DNA from: Thermoplasmata archaeon
Lineage (GTDB): Archaea > Thermoplasmatota > Thermoplasmata > Lutacidiplasmatales > UBA184
Direction of reading: 5' to 3'
DNA length: 64,000 nucleotides
NCBI GenBank assembly: GCA_035504395.1
Contig: DATJRX010000005.1
Location: 3,334 to 67,333, forward strand
Shown: piece after piece, positions 52,941 through 62,713 of the stretch
How positions within the stretch are numbered: the first letter of the stretch is position 1
Layout: each line of letters begins with the position of its first letter
Notes under the pieces: model-generated
Database searches by the model: none
What the model was told of the DNA's origin: nothing
The model's input: only the letters and a program-made list of their open reading frames with translations
Position numbers and translations under genes: made by a program

Positions 52941-54055
52941 CGCTCGAAGAGCAGATCACCGCGGTCGAGGACGAGATCCGGAACACCGCGTACAACAAGG
53001 CGACCAGCGGCCACATCGGGCGGCTCAAGGCGAAGCTCGCGGTGCTCCGCCTCGAGCGCGAGACCCGGGCGAAGGGGAAGGGCGGTGGGGTCGGCTACGG
53101 CGTCCGGAAGAGCGGCCACGCCACGGTCGGGCTCGTCGGGTACCCGTCGGTCGGAAAGTCGACGTTGCTCAACCGGTTGACCGCGGCGGAGAGCGAGACC
53201 GGGGCCTACGACTTCACGACGGTCTCGATCATTCCCGGGATGCTCCGCTGGGGCGGAGCCTCGATCCAGATCCTCGACATGCCCGGGCTCGTGCCGGGGG
53301 CGGCCAAGGGACGTGGTCGCGGGCGGGAGGTGCTGTCGGTCGTGCGCTCGGTCGACCTGATCCTGTTCATGATCGACCCGGAGCACACCAACCTGCGCGC
53401 CCTGGTCACGGAACTCGAGGGGGCCGGGGTCCGCATCAACGGGCGACCGCCCAAGATCGTCGTGACGAAGGCGGATCGGGGCGGGCTCACGATCTCGAGC
53501 ACCGTTCGGCTCACGCATCTCGCCGGCGGGCTCGCGAGCCAGATCGCCCGGGAGTTCGGGATGCACAACGGCTCGATCGTGTTCCGCGAGGACGCGACGG
53601 CCGACCAGCTCATCGACGTCCTCGCCGGGAATCGCGTCTACGTGCCGGCGTTGCTCTCGGTCAACAAGAGCGAGCTCCTGACGCCCGCCGACCGGGCGCG
53701 CATGGTGCTGGAGCAGCGACCCTTCGATCCGATCTTCGTCTCGGCGCGGGACCGGCTCGGCCTGGACGCGCTGGTCGACCGCATCGGCCACGCGCTGCGC
53801 TTCATCCGGGTGTACGTCAAGCCGCCCGGGCTGCCGCCCGACAAGGACGAGCCGGTGATCCTTCGGGAAGGGGACACGATCCAGTCGCTGCTCGGGCGGC
53901 TCCCCACGGACCTCGATCGGGGGTTCCGAACCGCGCTCGTGTGGGGGAAGAGCGCCCGATTCCCGGGTCAGACCGTCGGTCGGGAGCACGTCCTCGCGGA
54001 CGAGGACATCGTCACGATCATCATCGCGCGCGGGGCGGCCCGCGCAGCGGTCTAA
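52934..54055 (+). CDS. developmentally regulated GTP-binding protein (DRG/Rbg1-family Obg-like GTPase with TGS domain)
   Basis: N-terminal [38 protein letters not shown]. G1 [9 protein letters not shown], G3 DMPG, G4 TKAD. C-terminal TGS ([10 protein letters not shown]...GDTI). Confidence 0.9.
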   Translation: [373 protein letters not shown]

Positions 54056-54782
54056 CGCGGAGCGTCCCCCGCCCGCCGAACAGCTCCGCGCGGGCGAGGC
54101 CCCCGACGAGGTAGTGGCCCCGGTGGAACGGGTCAAGGCGAACCGAGGGCGCGAGGTCGACCCACGAACGGAGCGCCCGCTCGGCGTCCGCGAGGTGCTC
54201 GGACGCCTCCCGCCCGCGTCCCATGCTGGCCGTCTTGAGCGCGACCACGACCGAGGCCCCGGGACCGGCGAGGAACAGCTCCGCGTTCGCCCGGACGATC
54301 GCGACCTGATCCGGTTGGGCGATGTCCGCGTAGACCCCTCGAACCTCGGGGACGAACGGGGCGTACTCCCGGGGCACGCGCGCGTCCCCCAGGATCGGCA
54401 GGAGTCCGGGCCAGCGCTGCGCGAGGGCGAGCAACCGGGCGAACGATCGGGGACTGCGCTCCACCGCGTAGACCCGGCCCGAGGGAGCGATGAGGTCGGC
54501 CGCGTGGGACGCCGTCGTCCCCGTGGCCGCCCCGAGGTAGAGCCAGTCCTCCCCGCTCGCCGGGACCGGTCCCTTCCAGTCGTGGACGAGGGCGGCGGCG
54601 AGCTTGCTCCGCCCCGGCTCGAACGAGCGGTAGGTGCGATCCTCTCGGTGGATCCATCGCTCGCCGTAGACCGGTGGGAGGCTCCCGGCGGTCTCGGTGA
54701 CGAGCTCGATCCGCTCGGCGGAGGCGATCCGAGCGAGCCGGGGCGAGCGAGCGTCCGGGACAGGGCGACGACGCTCCCTCAT
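54021..54782 (-). CDS. flpA: fibrillarin-like rRNA/tRNA 2'-O-methyltransferase
   Basis: LYLGAATGTTASHAADLIAPSGRVYAVERSPR ... ILGDARVP ... VYADIAQPDQ matches the fibrillarin SAM motifs. Follows nop5 on the same strand. Confidence 0.8.
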   Translation of the reverse strand: MRERRRPVPDARSPRLARIASAERIELVTETAGSLPPVYGERWIHREDRTYRSFEPGRSKLAAALVHDWKGPVPASGEDWLYLGAATGTTASHAADLIAPSGRVYAVERSPRSFARLLALAQRWPGLLPILGDARVPREYAPFVPEVRGVYADIAQPDQVAIVRANAELFLAGPGASVVVALKTASMGRGREASEHLADAERALRSWVDLAPSVRLDPFHRGHYLVGGLARAELFGGRGTLRVRPLRGPPRAR

Positions 54783-55675
54783 CGGCCCTGCCGCCGGAGT
54801 TGTTCGATCCGTCGATCGCGACGAGCGACGAGCCGGCGGGCGAGATCGGCGTGGGTGAGCGCGTCGGCGCGCACCGCGATCGCGGCGATCGCGGCGAGGC
54901 TCCGGGCGTACGCGCCGCGGCGGTCCGCCGGCACATCGCCCATCCGGTCCGCGCGGTAGATCGCTCCGTACCGGGGTCCGCGCTCGGGGGAGGGTCGGCG
55001 ACGGCTGCCCAGGAGCTGGATCCTCGGAGCCCGCATCCGGGCGAGCGCCCCGACCCCGCCGGCCGCCGCGACCAGACGGGCGGCGACGGTGGGACCTACG
55101 ACCGCTCCGAGGTTCGGGACGACCTCACGGACCTGCTGCCGCATCCGCTCGACGAGCGCCGTGCGATGCCGCTCGAGAACGTTCCGTACCTCCGTCCAGG
55201 AACGGGCATACTCCTCCAGCGGCGAACCGGCCGGTGCGAGGAACGCCTCGGAGGCGCGCGCCTCGCGACCGACCGCGCGCTCGAGGCGCTCGTCCTCCCG
55301 CGCGAGCGAGATCAGGATCTCCTCGGGAGAGGCGAGGACCCGTTCGAGGGTCGCGGAGGCCACGGCGAGGAGGACGCGCCGCTCGGTCGCCGGATCCGGC
55401 GCGGGGAGCCGTCGGCGGGCCGCCCGCAGCTCGGCGATCGATGCGACCTCCACCCGGGCTCGCCCGAACGAGCGCGCGAGGGCCGCGCGCGTGGGGGTGT
55501 CCGCCCGAACCTCCGAATCCTCCGGAAGACTCCGGATCGCGCGCTCGAGCCCTACGGGGATCGCCTCGGCGTCGGTCGGGTCCCGGCGCGGGGGGATCGG
55601 GAATCGCTGCGGCGGGACGTCGCCCGCGAGCAGGTAGAGGTCCCCGAGACGTCCGACGACCAGGGCCGTCGCCAC
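54779..55675 (-). CDS. nop5: Nop5/Nop56/Nop58-family C/D box snoRNP protein
   Basis: Nop domain VVPNLGAVVGPTVAARLVAAAGGVGALARMRAPRIQLLG...RGPRYGAIY. Its stop overlaps the flpA start. Confidence 0.8.
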   Translation of the reverse strand: MATALVVGRLGDLYLLAGDVPPQRFPIPPRRDPTDAEAIPVGLERAIRSLPEDSEVRADTPTRAALARSFGRARVEVASIAELRAARRRLPAPDPATERRVLLAVASATLERVLASPEEILISLAREDERLERAVGREARASEAFLAPAGSPLEEYARSWTEVRNVLERHRTALVERMRQQVREVVPNLGAVVGPTVAARLVAAAGGVGALARMRAPRIQLLGSRRRPSPERGPRYGAIYRADRMGDVPADRRGAYARSLAAIAAIAVRADALTHADLARRLVARRDRRIEQLRRQGR

Positions 55676-55678
55676 ACC

Positions 55679-57085
55679 CTAGAACTCCTCGAGCAGCTTC
55701 TGGAACCGGTGGTGCTCCTCGGGCACCTCCACCGGGTAGCGACCGGTGAGGCAGCCGAGGCAGAGGCTCTCCGCGGGCATCGTGATCGCCTCGACCAGGC
55801 CGTCGATCGAGAGGTAGTGCACGGAGTCGGCCCCCACGATCTTCGCGACCTCGGCCTCGTCGCGCCCGTGGGCCACGAGATCGCGTCGGTCCTTCATGTC
55901 AATCCCGAAGTAGCAGGGGGCGCGGATCGGGGGGCATCCGACGCGCACGTCGACCCGGGTCGCGCCGGCGCCCCGCACCATCTGGACGATCTCCCGGAGG
56001 GTGGTGCCGCGGACGATCGAGTCGTCGATCAGGACGACGCGCTTTCCCTTGAGCAGTCCCGGGACGGGATGGAGCTTCACGCGGACCTCGAACTCCCGTC
56101 GCCGCTGGTCCGGCAGGATGAACGTGCGCTCGACGAACCGGTTCTTGATCAGGGCCTCGGCGTACGGGATCTTCGACTCCTCGGCGAAGCCGAGCGCCTG
56201 CGGACGGGCCGAGTCCGGGACGGGGACGATCAGGTCGGCCTCGATCGGGCTCTCGCGCGCGAGTCGCTGGCCGATGCGGTGGCGGACCTCGTAGATCGGG
56301 ACGTTCTCCGCGATCGAGTCCGGTCGGGAGAAGTAGACCCACTCGAACATGCAGTGCGCGCGGTCCCCCGAGCTCGGGATGCGCGAGGAGCGAGCGAGCT
56401 GGCCCTTCTCGAGGACCAGGACCTCCCCGGGCAGTACGTCGCGGACGAGCTTCCCGCCCATCAGCTCGAGCGCGACCGACTCACTCGCGACCGCGACGCC
56501 GCCCTCGACCGTGCCGAAGACCATCGGTCGGATCCCGAGCGGGTCCCGGAACGCGTAGACGCGGTTGCCGACGAGGAGCACGACCGCGTAGCCGCCGATC
56601 AGCTCGGCGCACGCGCGCCGGATCGACGCCTCGAGGTCCCGGGTGTGGGAGTGCTCGATCGCGATCGCCTGCGCCATCGACTCGGTGTCGGCGTTCCCGA
56701 GCAGCTCGATCCCCTGCGTCTGGATGCGGCGCCGGATCCGCTCGTAGTTGACGAGGTCGCCGTTCGCGCCCAGCGCGGCGTCCTCCTCCCGCAGCTTGAA
56801 GACGATCGGCTGCGCGTTCTCGAGGTCCGAGTCGCCGGTGGTCGGGTAGCGGACGTGCCCGATCCCGGTCGAGCCGCGAAGCGCGTCTAGCATCTCCTGC
56901 GTGAAGATCTCGTGGACGAGCCCCATCCCCTTGCGGTGGTGGAGCGTGCCGTGGCTGGTGGTCGCGATCCCGGCGGACTCCTGCCCTCGGTGCTGGAGGG
57001 CGCGCAGCCCGCGGAAGAGGTACGGGGCGGCGCCCTTTCCCTGGAGCGAGACCCCTACCACGCCGCAGCGATCCCGGGCCGGCAT
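55679..57085 (-). CDS. purF: amidophosphoribosyltransferase
   Basis: Ntn Cys in CGVVGV. PRTase motif VVLIDDSIVRGTTL. Conserved YFSRPDS and 4Fe-4S Cys ligands (PCYFGID...CLGCLTGRYP). Confidence 0.95.
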   Translation of the reverse strand: MPARDRCGVVGVSLQGKGAAPYLFRGLRALQHRGQESAGIATTSHGTLHHRKGMGLVHEIFTQEMLDALRGSTGIGHVRYPTTGDSDLENAQPIVFKLREEDAALGANGDLVNYERIRRRIQTQGIELLGNADTESMAQAIAIEHSHTRDLEASIRRACAELIGGYAVVLLVGNRVYAFRDPLGIRPMVFGTVEGGVAVASESVALELMGGKLVRDVLPGEVLVLEKGQLARSSRIPSSGDRAHCMFEWVYFSRPDSIAENVPIYEVRHRIGQRLARESPIEADLIVPVPDSARPQALGFAEESKIPYAEALIKNRFVERTFILPDQRRREFEVRVKLHPVPGLLKGKRVVLIDDSIVRGTTLREIVQMVRGAGATRVDVRVGCPPIRAPCYFGIDMKDRRDLVAHGRDEAEVAKIVGADSVHYLSIDGLVEAITMPAESLCLGCLTGRYPVEVPEEHHRFQKLLEEF

Positions 57086-57169
57086 CCGAGGAACCTGGGC
57101 GAGAGTAGGCCTCCCGCCCGGTCCACTCGGCCCCGCTTCTTAAGCGGTGCGCACGCGGTTACGCGGGGT

Positions 57170-57487
57170 TCAGCCGAAGAGGGCGGAAAGTCCCTCGGCC
57201 GCCTCTTCCTCGGAGACGCCCTTCTCTTCCTTCTTTTCCTCTTCCTTCTTCTCGCCCTTGCCGTCCTTCTTGTCGGACGGCGGGGCGGCGGCCGGCGCCG
57301 GCGCGGCGAACGTCTCGGCCTTCGCCAGGACCTCGGTCAGGTTCACGCCTTCGAGCGACGCGAGGAGGCCCTTGACGCGGGCGGCGTCCGGGGAGAACCC
57401 GGCTGCGGTCAGGACGCCCGTGAGTCCCTTCTCGTCGATCGGCTTTCCGGCGGCGTTGAGCAGCAGCGCACCATACACGTACTCCAT
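57170..57487 (-). CDS. rpl12: 50S ribosomal protein L12 (P1 stalk protein)
   Basis: [10 protein letters not shown]...[27 protein letters not shown], an Ala/Pro hinge, an acidic KEEEKKEEK tail and C-terminal GLSALFG. Confidence 0.95.
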   Translation of the reverse strand: MEYVYGALLLNAAGKPIDEKGLTGVLTAAGFSPDAARVKGLLASLEGVNLTEVLAKAETFAAPAPAAAPPSDKKDGKGEKKEEEKKEEKGVSEEEAAEGLSALFG

Positions 57488-57518
57488 CTTTCTCACTCCG
57501 TGGACTTTCGGGGGAACC

Positions 57519-58379
57519 TCAAGTGCCTGTAAGCTTGGCGACCGCGGCCGCCTCGCGCACGGCCTTCGCGAACAGCGGCTCGATCGTCTCGGGCGTAGCG
57601 AACCCGGCGGCGATCGCGAGCCCGAGCGCGCGGCGGTGCGCCTTTGTCAGGAGCAGCGGGGCGGTCTCCTTCGTCGCGTACCCGACCTCGACCGCGAGAC
57701 CGAGCGCCGCGCGCGCGGCCCGCGCGAGCGCGGCGCGCTGGGCGTCGAGATCGATCGAAAGGACCTCGGGCGGGTAGAACGTGTCGCCGTCGACCACCGC
57801 GCGCAGATCGAGGCCGACCTCGAGCGGGAAGACCTCGAGGCGGGTCAGCATCCCCGCGACCTCGCGCGAAATAACGCCGCCGGCCTTCACGATCGTCGTG
57901 TCCTTCTTGAGGACGACCTTCCCCTTCTCGATCGCCGCCGGGAAGCCGGCGTGCTGGAGCTCGCCGACGATCGGACCCGGCTTGAAGTTGGTCGTGCCCG
58001 CGGGGACCGTGATGTCGCTGGGCGCGATCTCGCCCCCGCGCGCCGGGGTCGGCGAGCGCGTCCTCCGGAGCTCCTGGTAGAGCGCGAACGGATTCCCCTC
58101 GGCCGACATCACCGCGGTCTGGTCCTCGACCTTCTCGAGGAGCGGGCGCAGCGACGGACGCTTCTTCGACGCGTTCTCGACCGCGTGGCGGATCGAGCTG
58201 TTGGTCGCGACCCGGATCGGGTGGCCGCGCTGGCGGAGCTCGCGGCGCATCGACTGGAGGGCCGACGCGGGAACCCCTCGGATCCCGATCAACGCCGTCA
58301 TGGGGTGGCCGACGAGCACCTCCTCGAGCTCGGCGACGAGCTGGAGGCGCTCGGGCGGTACGGACCCTCGACCCGGCAT
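57519..58379 (-). CDS. rpl10: 50S ribosomal protein L10 (P0 homolog, uL10)
   Basis: Position in the L1-L10-L12 operon. N-terminal rRNA-binding domain ([21 protein letters not shown]). The C-terminal helices resemble the L12-binding region. Confidence 0.9.
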   Translation of the reverse strand: MPGRGSVPPERLQLVAELEEVLVGHPMTALIGIRGVPASALQSMRRELRQRGHPIRVATNSSIRHAVENASKKRPSLRPLLEKVEDQTAVMSAEGNPFALYQELRRTRSPTPARGGEIAPSDITVPAGTTNFKPGPIVGELQHAGFPAAIEKGKVVLKKDTTIVKAGGVISREVAGMLTRLEVFPLEVGLDLRAVVDGDTFYPPEVLSIDLDAQRAALARAARAALGLAVEVGYATKETAPLLLTKAHRRALGLAIAAGFATPETIEPLFAKAVREAAAVAKLTGT

Positions 58380-58386
58380 CGCGACC

Positions 58387-59025
58387 TCACCACATCCGGA
58401 CGGCCGGGCCCATGGTGGTCTTGAGGTAGACCGACTCGATGTTCGTGCGGCCGCGTTCGAGCTTGCCCACGATGCGGTTGAGCACCGCGTCGACGTTCTG
58501 GGCGATCAGTTCCGGCGCCATCGACTGGGTCCCGACCGGGGCGTGGAACGTGCGGTTGCCCTTCGAGCGGACGCGGATCGACCGCTTGAGCGCGTTGACG
58601 AGGTTCGTGGGGTCGCTGCCCGGTGGGACCGGCCGCGGCATCTTGCCGCGGGGACCGAGGACCACGCCGAGCCGCTTGCCGATCGTGGGCATGAGCGGCG
58701 CCTCGGCGAGGAAGAAGTCGATCGAGTTGACGGCCTTCTTCGCGGCCTTCTTGTCCTTCGCGAACTCGTCGAGCTCGTTCGCCGGGACGACGAGGTCGGC
58801 CACTCCGCGGACCTTCTGGAGCAGCTCGGGCGATCCGAACACGGCGACCTTCACGGTCTTCCCGCGGCCGTTCGGCAGCTGGACCTCGTCCTCGAGGCGG
58901 TTCTTCGGGACCGTGAGGTCAAGGTCCTTGAGATTGACCGCGAGCTCGAGCGTTTGCCCGAAGTGGCGCTCGGGCGACTTCCCGAGCACCTCGTTGACGA
59001 CCTCGAGCGACGGACGGTCGGCCAT
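58387..59025 (-). CDS. rpl1: 50S ribosomal protein L1 (uL1)
   Basis: FGQTLELAVNLK...KVAVFG ... GPRGKMP..GS are conserved uL1 motifs. Confidence 0.95.
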   Translation of the reverse strand: MADRPSLEVVNEVLGKSPERHFGQTLELAVNLKDLDLTVPKNRLEDEVQLPNGRGKTVKVAVFGSPELLQKVRGVADLVVPANELDEFAKDKKAAKKAVNSIDFFLAEAPLMPTIGKRLGVVLGPRGKMPRPVPPGSDPTNLVNALKRSIRVRSKGNRTFHAPVGTQSMAPELIAQNVDAVLNRIVGKLERGRTNIESVYLKTTMGPAVRMW

Positions 59026-59151
59026 GAACCCCTCGCGGGCGCGGCGGCCGAGCCAGCCCCTCTACATAAGGCTTAGCGACTCGTCCGTCAGAGCGGCGCC
59101 GCCCGACGCTCCGTTCCCGAGCCGGGGTCGTGAGGACCCCCGGGCTCGCCC

Positions 59152-59469
59152 CTATCCGGCCCGCAACTCGGCCCGCAAGACGCGCAGTCCGTTGCGAAAC
59201 TCCTCGGCGTCCAGCAACGCTCCCGCGGGAACCGAGTCTGCGAACTCGATCGCTTCGAGGAGAAAGGCGTCGGCGCACTGCGCGGTGCAGAACCCGCGTC
59301 CGAGGAACAGGGTCGCGATCGCCTCGGGCGCGCCCCGGAACTCGCTTCGGGGTCCGCCGGCCCGGAAGTCCGTTCCGCACGAGCAGCGCTCGGGGCCACT
59401 CGGCGGCCGCGCCACGAAGGCGAACGGGTTCGGCCGCGATCCCGGGGGTGACGAACCTGGTGCGGCCAT
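59152..59469 (-). CDS. small Cys-containing protein with TRASH-like (C-x-C ... FC-x3-C) arrangement
   Basis: RCSCGTDF...LFLGRGFCTAQCADAFL resembles YHS/TRASH metal-binding domains (the FCSxxC ending). Upstream of the L1 operon, where L11 would normally sit. Speculative. Confidence 0.3.
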   Translation of the reverse strand: MAAPGSSPPGSRPNPFAFVARPPSGPERCSCGTDFRAGGPRSEFRGAPEAIATLFLGRGFCTAQCADAFLLEAIEFADSVPAGALLDAEEFRNGLRVLRAELRAG

Positions 59470-59521
59470 ACCGCGCTGCCGGAAGTAGCAGCGAGCCCAT
59501 CGCGTATCTACGTTCCGTCGA

Positions 59522-60070
59522 TTATCGTCGCCGCCGGTCTCCGTCCAGGATCGGGTGATCCGAGCCGAGGTCGCCGACCGGCTTCTCGAACAGGGTACAG
59601 TCGAGTCCCCCGACGCGGAGGGTCCCGACCGGCCGGAAGCCGAATTCCTGATAGTACCGGTGCAGACGCGCCCGGGCCGTCAAGGTGTCGAGCCGCAGCC
59701 ACGCCCGACCCCGCCGTCGCACCTCTCCCTCCGCCCAGCCGAGGATCGCATAGCCCACTCCGTGGCCGGCGAACTCCCGCCGGACCGCAAGCCGATGGAT
59801 GTAGCCGGCGTCCGGCGGGCGGTTCCCCCAGAAGGGGGTGTCCTCCCACTGGAGGGTCACCGTGGCCAGCGACCGACCGTCCGGGTCGACGGCGACGTAG
59901 AGGTCGCCGCGGTCCAGCGAGGGTCGCACGCGCTCCGCCGGGAACGGGATCGGCCACGGACTCTCGAGCCCCCGGTCGACCTCCCATCGGGCCGCCTCCG
60001 TCAGGATCTCGAGGGCGGAGTCCAACTCGGCCGGCGAGGCTCGGAGGATCCGGAGCGTAGGGGTCGTCAT
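59522..60070 (-). CDS. GNAT-family N-acetyltransferase
   Basis: RLAVRREFAGHGVGYAILGWAEGEVRRRG is a Q/RxxGxG/A acetyl-CoA loop. Confidence 0.7.
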   Translation of the reverse strand: MTTPTLRILRASPAELDSALEILTEAARWEVDRGLESPWPIPFPAERVRPSLDRGDLYVAVDPDGRSLATVTLQWEDTPFWGNRPPDAGYIHRLAVRREFAGHGVGYAILGWAEGEVRRRGRAWLRLDTLTARARLHRYYQEFGFRPVGTLRVGGLDCTLFEKPVGDLGSDHPILDGDRRRR

Positions 60071-60174
60071 CCGCGGGCCGAGCGAACGCCCAAGGATACG
60101 GCTGACCCCGGCGGGTCCCGGCCGGGGGTCCGCAGCGCGCGTGGACCCGTCCTTCGAGGAGCCGCGCCCCCAAG

Positions 60175-60185
60175 CCTATATATGG
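60175..60185 (+). promoter_or_regulatory. TATA box (CCTATATATGG) 22-32 nt upstream of rpl44e ATG; leaderless-type promoter
   Basis: Isolated AT-rich element in a GC-rich spacer. Supports the rpl44e start at 60207 rather than the ORF-track start at 60141. Confidence 0.5.
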
Positions 60186-60206
60186 GACCCGCCTCGGCGG
60201 CCGCCG

Positions 60207-60491
60207 ATGCACTATCCAAAGGTCGTGTCCACGTATTGCCCGAAGTGCAAGACGCACACGGATCACGAAGTCGAGAAGGGGAAGAAGCGCCCCGCCTCCG
60301 AGCTCAAGTGGGGGCAGCGCCGATTCCGCCGCGCGACCAGCGGCTACGGGGGCTTTCCCCGGCCGAAGCCGGAGGGACGCGCGAAGGCCGTCCGCCGAGT
60401 CTACCTGAAGTACCGCTGCAAGAAATGCAAGTACACCGTCCAGCCCGCCAGCTGGCGCGCCACGACGCTCGAGCTCGTGGAGAAGCACTAG
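60207..60491 (+). CDS. rpl44e: 50S ribosomal protein L44e (eL42)
   Basis: YCPKCKTHTDHEVEK ... KYRCKKCKY zinc-ribbon pattern and the basic composition typical of L44e. Confidence 0.9.
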   Translation: MHYPKVVSTYCPKCKTHTDHEVEKGKKRPASELKWGQRRFRRATSGYGGFPRPKPEGRAKAVRRVYLKYRCKKCKYTVQPASWRATTLELVEKH

Positions 60492-60498
60492 GGGAACC

Positions 60499-60675
60499 AT
60501 GCGCGGTCCCTCCCCTTTCTGGGTCGTCAAGTGCCCCGATTGCTCCACGGAGCAGACGATCTTCAGCCGGCCCGCCACGACCGTGAACTGCGGCGTCTGC
60601 GGCGCGACGCTCGCGACCCCGACCGGGGGCCGCGCGAAGTTGCGCGGCGAGGTCGTCCGGACGCTCGGCGCCTAG
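60499..60675 (+). CDS. rps27e: 30S ribosomal protein S27e
   Basis: 58-aa ORF missing from the supplied track. Translated by hand: MRGPSPFWVVKCPDCSTEQTIFSRPATTVNCGVCGATLATPTGGRAKLRGEVVRTLGA. C4 zinc ribbon (CPDC...CGVC) and a conserved position after rpl44e. Confidence 0.85.
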   Translation: MRGPSPFWVVKCPDCSTEQTIFSRPATTVNCGVCGATLATPTGGRAKLRGEVVRTLGA

Positions 60676-60695
60676 GGTGAGGGTCGTCCGAACGG

Positions 60696-61472
60696 ATGCC
60701 GCTCAGGGCCGAATATCCCGAGGAGGGCGACCTCGTCATCGGGACCGTAACGTCGATCCGGAACTTCGGCGCGTTCGTCACGCTCGACGAGTACGCCGGG
60801 CGCGAGGCGTTCATCCACCTCTCGGAGGTCGCGACGGGCTGGGTCAAGTACATCCGCGACCACATCCGCGAGGGCCAGAAGATCGTCGCCCGGGTGCTCC
60901 GCGTCGACCCCGGGAAGAACCAGATCGACCTGTCGCTCAAGCGCATCAACGACCACCAGCGGCGCGAGAAGACGCAGCAGTGGAAGAACGAGGGCCGGGC
61001 GCTCCGACTGGTCGAGCAGGTCGCGCTGGCCCTGAAGGTCACCGCGGACCAGGGGGCCGACCTGTTCGGCACCTCGCTGATCGAGAAGTACGGGTCGCTG
61101 TTCGCCGCGTTCGAGATCGCCTCGGCCGATCCGAAGCGGTTCCAGAAGGAGAACGAGAAGGCGCCGTGGGTGACGGCGTTCCTCAAGGTCGCGCGCGAGA
61201 ACATCGTGCCGCCGCAGGTCACCATCCTCGGCACGCTCGAGATCACCGACCCCGGGCCGGACGGCGTCGACGGGGTCCGCGCGGCGCTCGCCGCGGCGGA
61301 GAAGGTCGACCCGGCCGCCGTGGAGGTCCACTACGTGGGCGCGCCGAAGTACCGGCTGCGCGTCGTGGCCGGCCAGTACAAGCAGGCCGAGGAGACGTTG
61401 AAGCGGGCCACCGAGGCCGCGATCCAGGCGATCACCGCCGCGGGCGGGGAGGGCTCGTTCGCCCGCGCGTGA
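60696..61472 (+). CDS. eif2a: translation initiation factor 2 alpha subunit (aIF2-alpha)
   Basis: N-terminal S1 domain (PEEGDLVIGTVTSIRNFGAFVTLDEY...EAFIHLSEV) then helical and alpha-beta domains. Conserved eif2a-nop10 adjacency. Confidence 0.9.
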   Translation: MPLRAEYPEEGDLVIGTVTSIRNFGAFVTLDEYAGREAFIHLSEVATGWVKYIRDHIREGQKIVARVLRVDPGKNQIDLSLKRINDHQRREKTQQWKNEGRALRLVEQVALALKVTADQGADLFGTSLIEKYGSLFAAFEIASADPKRFQKENEKAPWVTAFLKVARENIVPPQVTILGTLEITDPGPDGVDGVRAALAAAEKVDPAAVEVHYVGAPKYRLRVVAGQYKQAEETLKRATEAAIQAITAAGGEGSFARA

Positions 61473-61657
61473 CCGAGTCGATCCTCCGCCTGTGCCGTGG
61501 CTGCGGGCGCTACACGCTCGCCGAGAAGTGCCCGGCGTGCCGGGGCGCGACCCGCACGCCGCATCCCGCTCGCTTCAGCCCGGGAGACCGGTACGGCAAG
61601 TACCGGCGCATGCTGACCGACGCGACCGCGCCGGCGACGGGGGCCGGCCCGGAATGA
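61469..61657 (+). CDS. nop10: H/ACA ribonucleoprotein complex subunit Nop10
   Basis: The GTG start overlaps the eif2a stop. CRGCGRYTLAEKCPACRG...HPARFSPGDRYGKYRR matches the Nop10 zinc ribbon and the PxRFSPxDxY motif. Confidence 0.8.
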   Translation: MTESILRLCRGCGRYTLAEKCPACRGATRTPHPARFSPGDRYGKYRRMLTDATAPATGAGPE

Positions 61658-62184
61658 GCATGTCCGCCGCGATGCACCGCATCAAGGTCGTCAACGACGT
61701 GAGCGACCTCGTCTCGATCCTGCGGGCCGTCGACTCTCCCGTGAAGCTCAAGCTCGTGCAGCGTCTCGGCGAGAGCTGGCTCACCGGCGAGGACGTCGAG
61801 CGGGAGTTCGGGAAGGAAGGGCTCGCCGCGCTCGCGACGTTCGAGAAGCTGCGGCTGATCGACACGCGCTGGGTCGCGCGGGAGGGCCGCAAGCAGCCCG
61901 AGAAGAGCTACCACTTCTACTACTCCACGATCAACATCAACACGACCAGCCCGATCGCCGAGGCGAGCGAGGTGCTCGCGATCGCGATGATGAGCCCGAG
62001 GGAGTACGCGAAGCTCGAGCAGAAGATCCACGAGGCCGTCGGCCCCGAGGGCCGATTCTTCTCGGACGTCGCCGAGGAGCTGGGGATGTCGCCGACCCGG
62101 CTCAAGGGCCTCGTCAAGCGGTCGGACAAGCTGGAGTACCGTGGCCACCGGATCGAGCGGTTCCAGGCGGAAGCGACCCCGTAA
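61654..62184 (+). CDS. hypothetical protein (possible winged-helix)
   Basis: 176 aa. ATGA overlap with the nop10 stop. No diagnostic motif. Confidence 0.45.
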   Translation: MSMSAAMHRIKVVNDVSDLVSILRAVDSPVKLKLVQRLGESWLTGEDVEREFGKEGLAALATFEKLRLIDTRWVAREGRKQPEKSYHFYYSTININTTSPIAEASEVLAIAMMSPREYAKLEQKIHEAVGPEGRFFSDVAEELGMSPTRLKGLVKRSDKLEYRGHRIERFQAEATP

Positions 62185-62197
62185 CCGGCCGCCCCGC

Positions 62198-62713
62198 GTC
62201 TCGGTCCTGCGCGTCGGCCACCGCGCCGGACGGGATCCCCGTCTGACGACCCACCTCGCGCTTGCGGCCCGGGCGCTCGGCGCCGAGCGGATGTTCCTCC
62301 ACCCCGCGGACCCCGACCTCTCCGCCCGCCTCGCCGAGGTCGTGGCCGACTGGGGCGGGACCTTCGAGGTCGTCGGGGTACCCGACTGGAAGTCGGTGGT
62401 GCGCGCGGCTCCGGGCCCGGTCGTCCACCTCACGATGTACGGGCTGCCGCTCGACCGCGTTCTCCCGCGGATCCGCGGCGCGTCGGACCTCCTCGTCGTC
62501 GTCGGGGGCGCCAAGGTCCCCCCGGATCTCTACCGGCTCGCGGACGCGAACGTCGCGGTGAGCCACCAGCCCCACAGCGAGGTGGCGGCGCTGGCGGTGC
62601 TGCTCGACCGGGTGCTGGGCGTTCCCGGACCGGGCCGCCTCGCCGGCGGCCGACTTGCGGTCGTCCCGCGGGCACGCGGCAAGAAGGTCCGCGAAGTGCG
62701 GAGGTCGCGGTGA
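62198..62713 (+). CDS. trm56: tRNA (cytidine56-2'-O)-methyltransferase aTrm56 (SPOUT)
   Basis: VLRVGHRAGRDPRLTTHLALAARALGAE...WGG.F...W...VHLTMYG...VVVGGAKVP..LY.LAD.NVAVSHQPHSEVAALAVLLD closely matches the aTrm56 family. GTG start chosen; the ORF extends to 62141. Confidence 0.8.
   Translation, partial: VSVLRVGHRAGRDPRLTTHLALAARALGAERMFLHPADPDLSARLAEVVADWGGTFEVVGVPDWKSVVRAAPGPVVHLTMYGLPLDRVLPRIRGASDLLVVVGGAKVPPDLYRLADANVAVSHQPHSEVAALAVLLDRVLGVPGPGRLAGGRLAVVPRARGKKVREVRRSR

Noticed and set aside
59026-59521. ribosomal protein L11 gene upstream of rpl1
   Set aside because: None of the six frames gives an L11-like sequence (no PPLGPALG motif). Only a small Cys-containing ORF is present.
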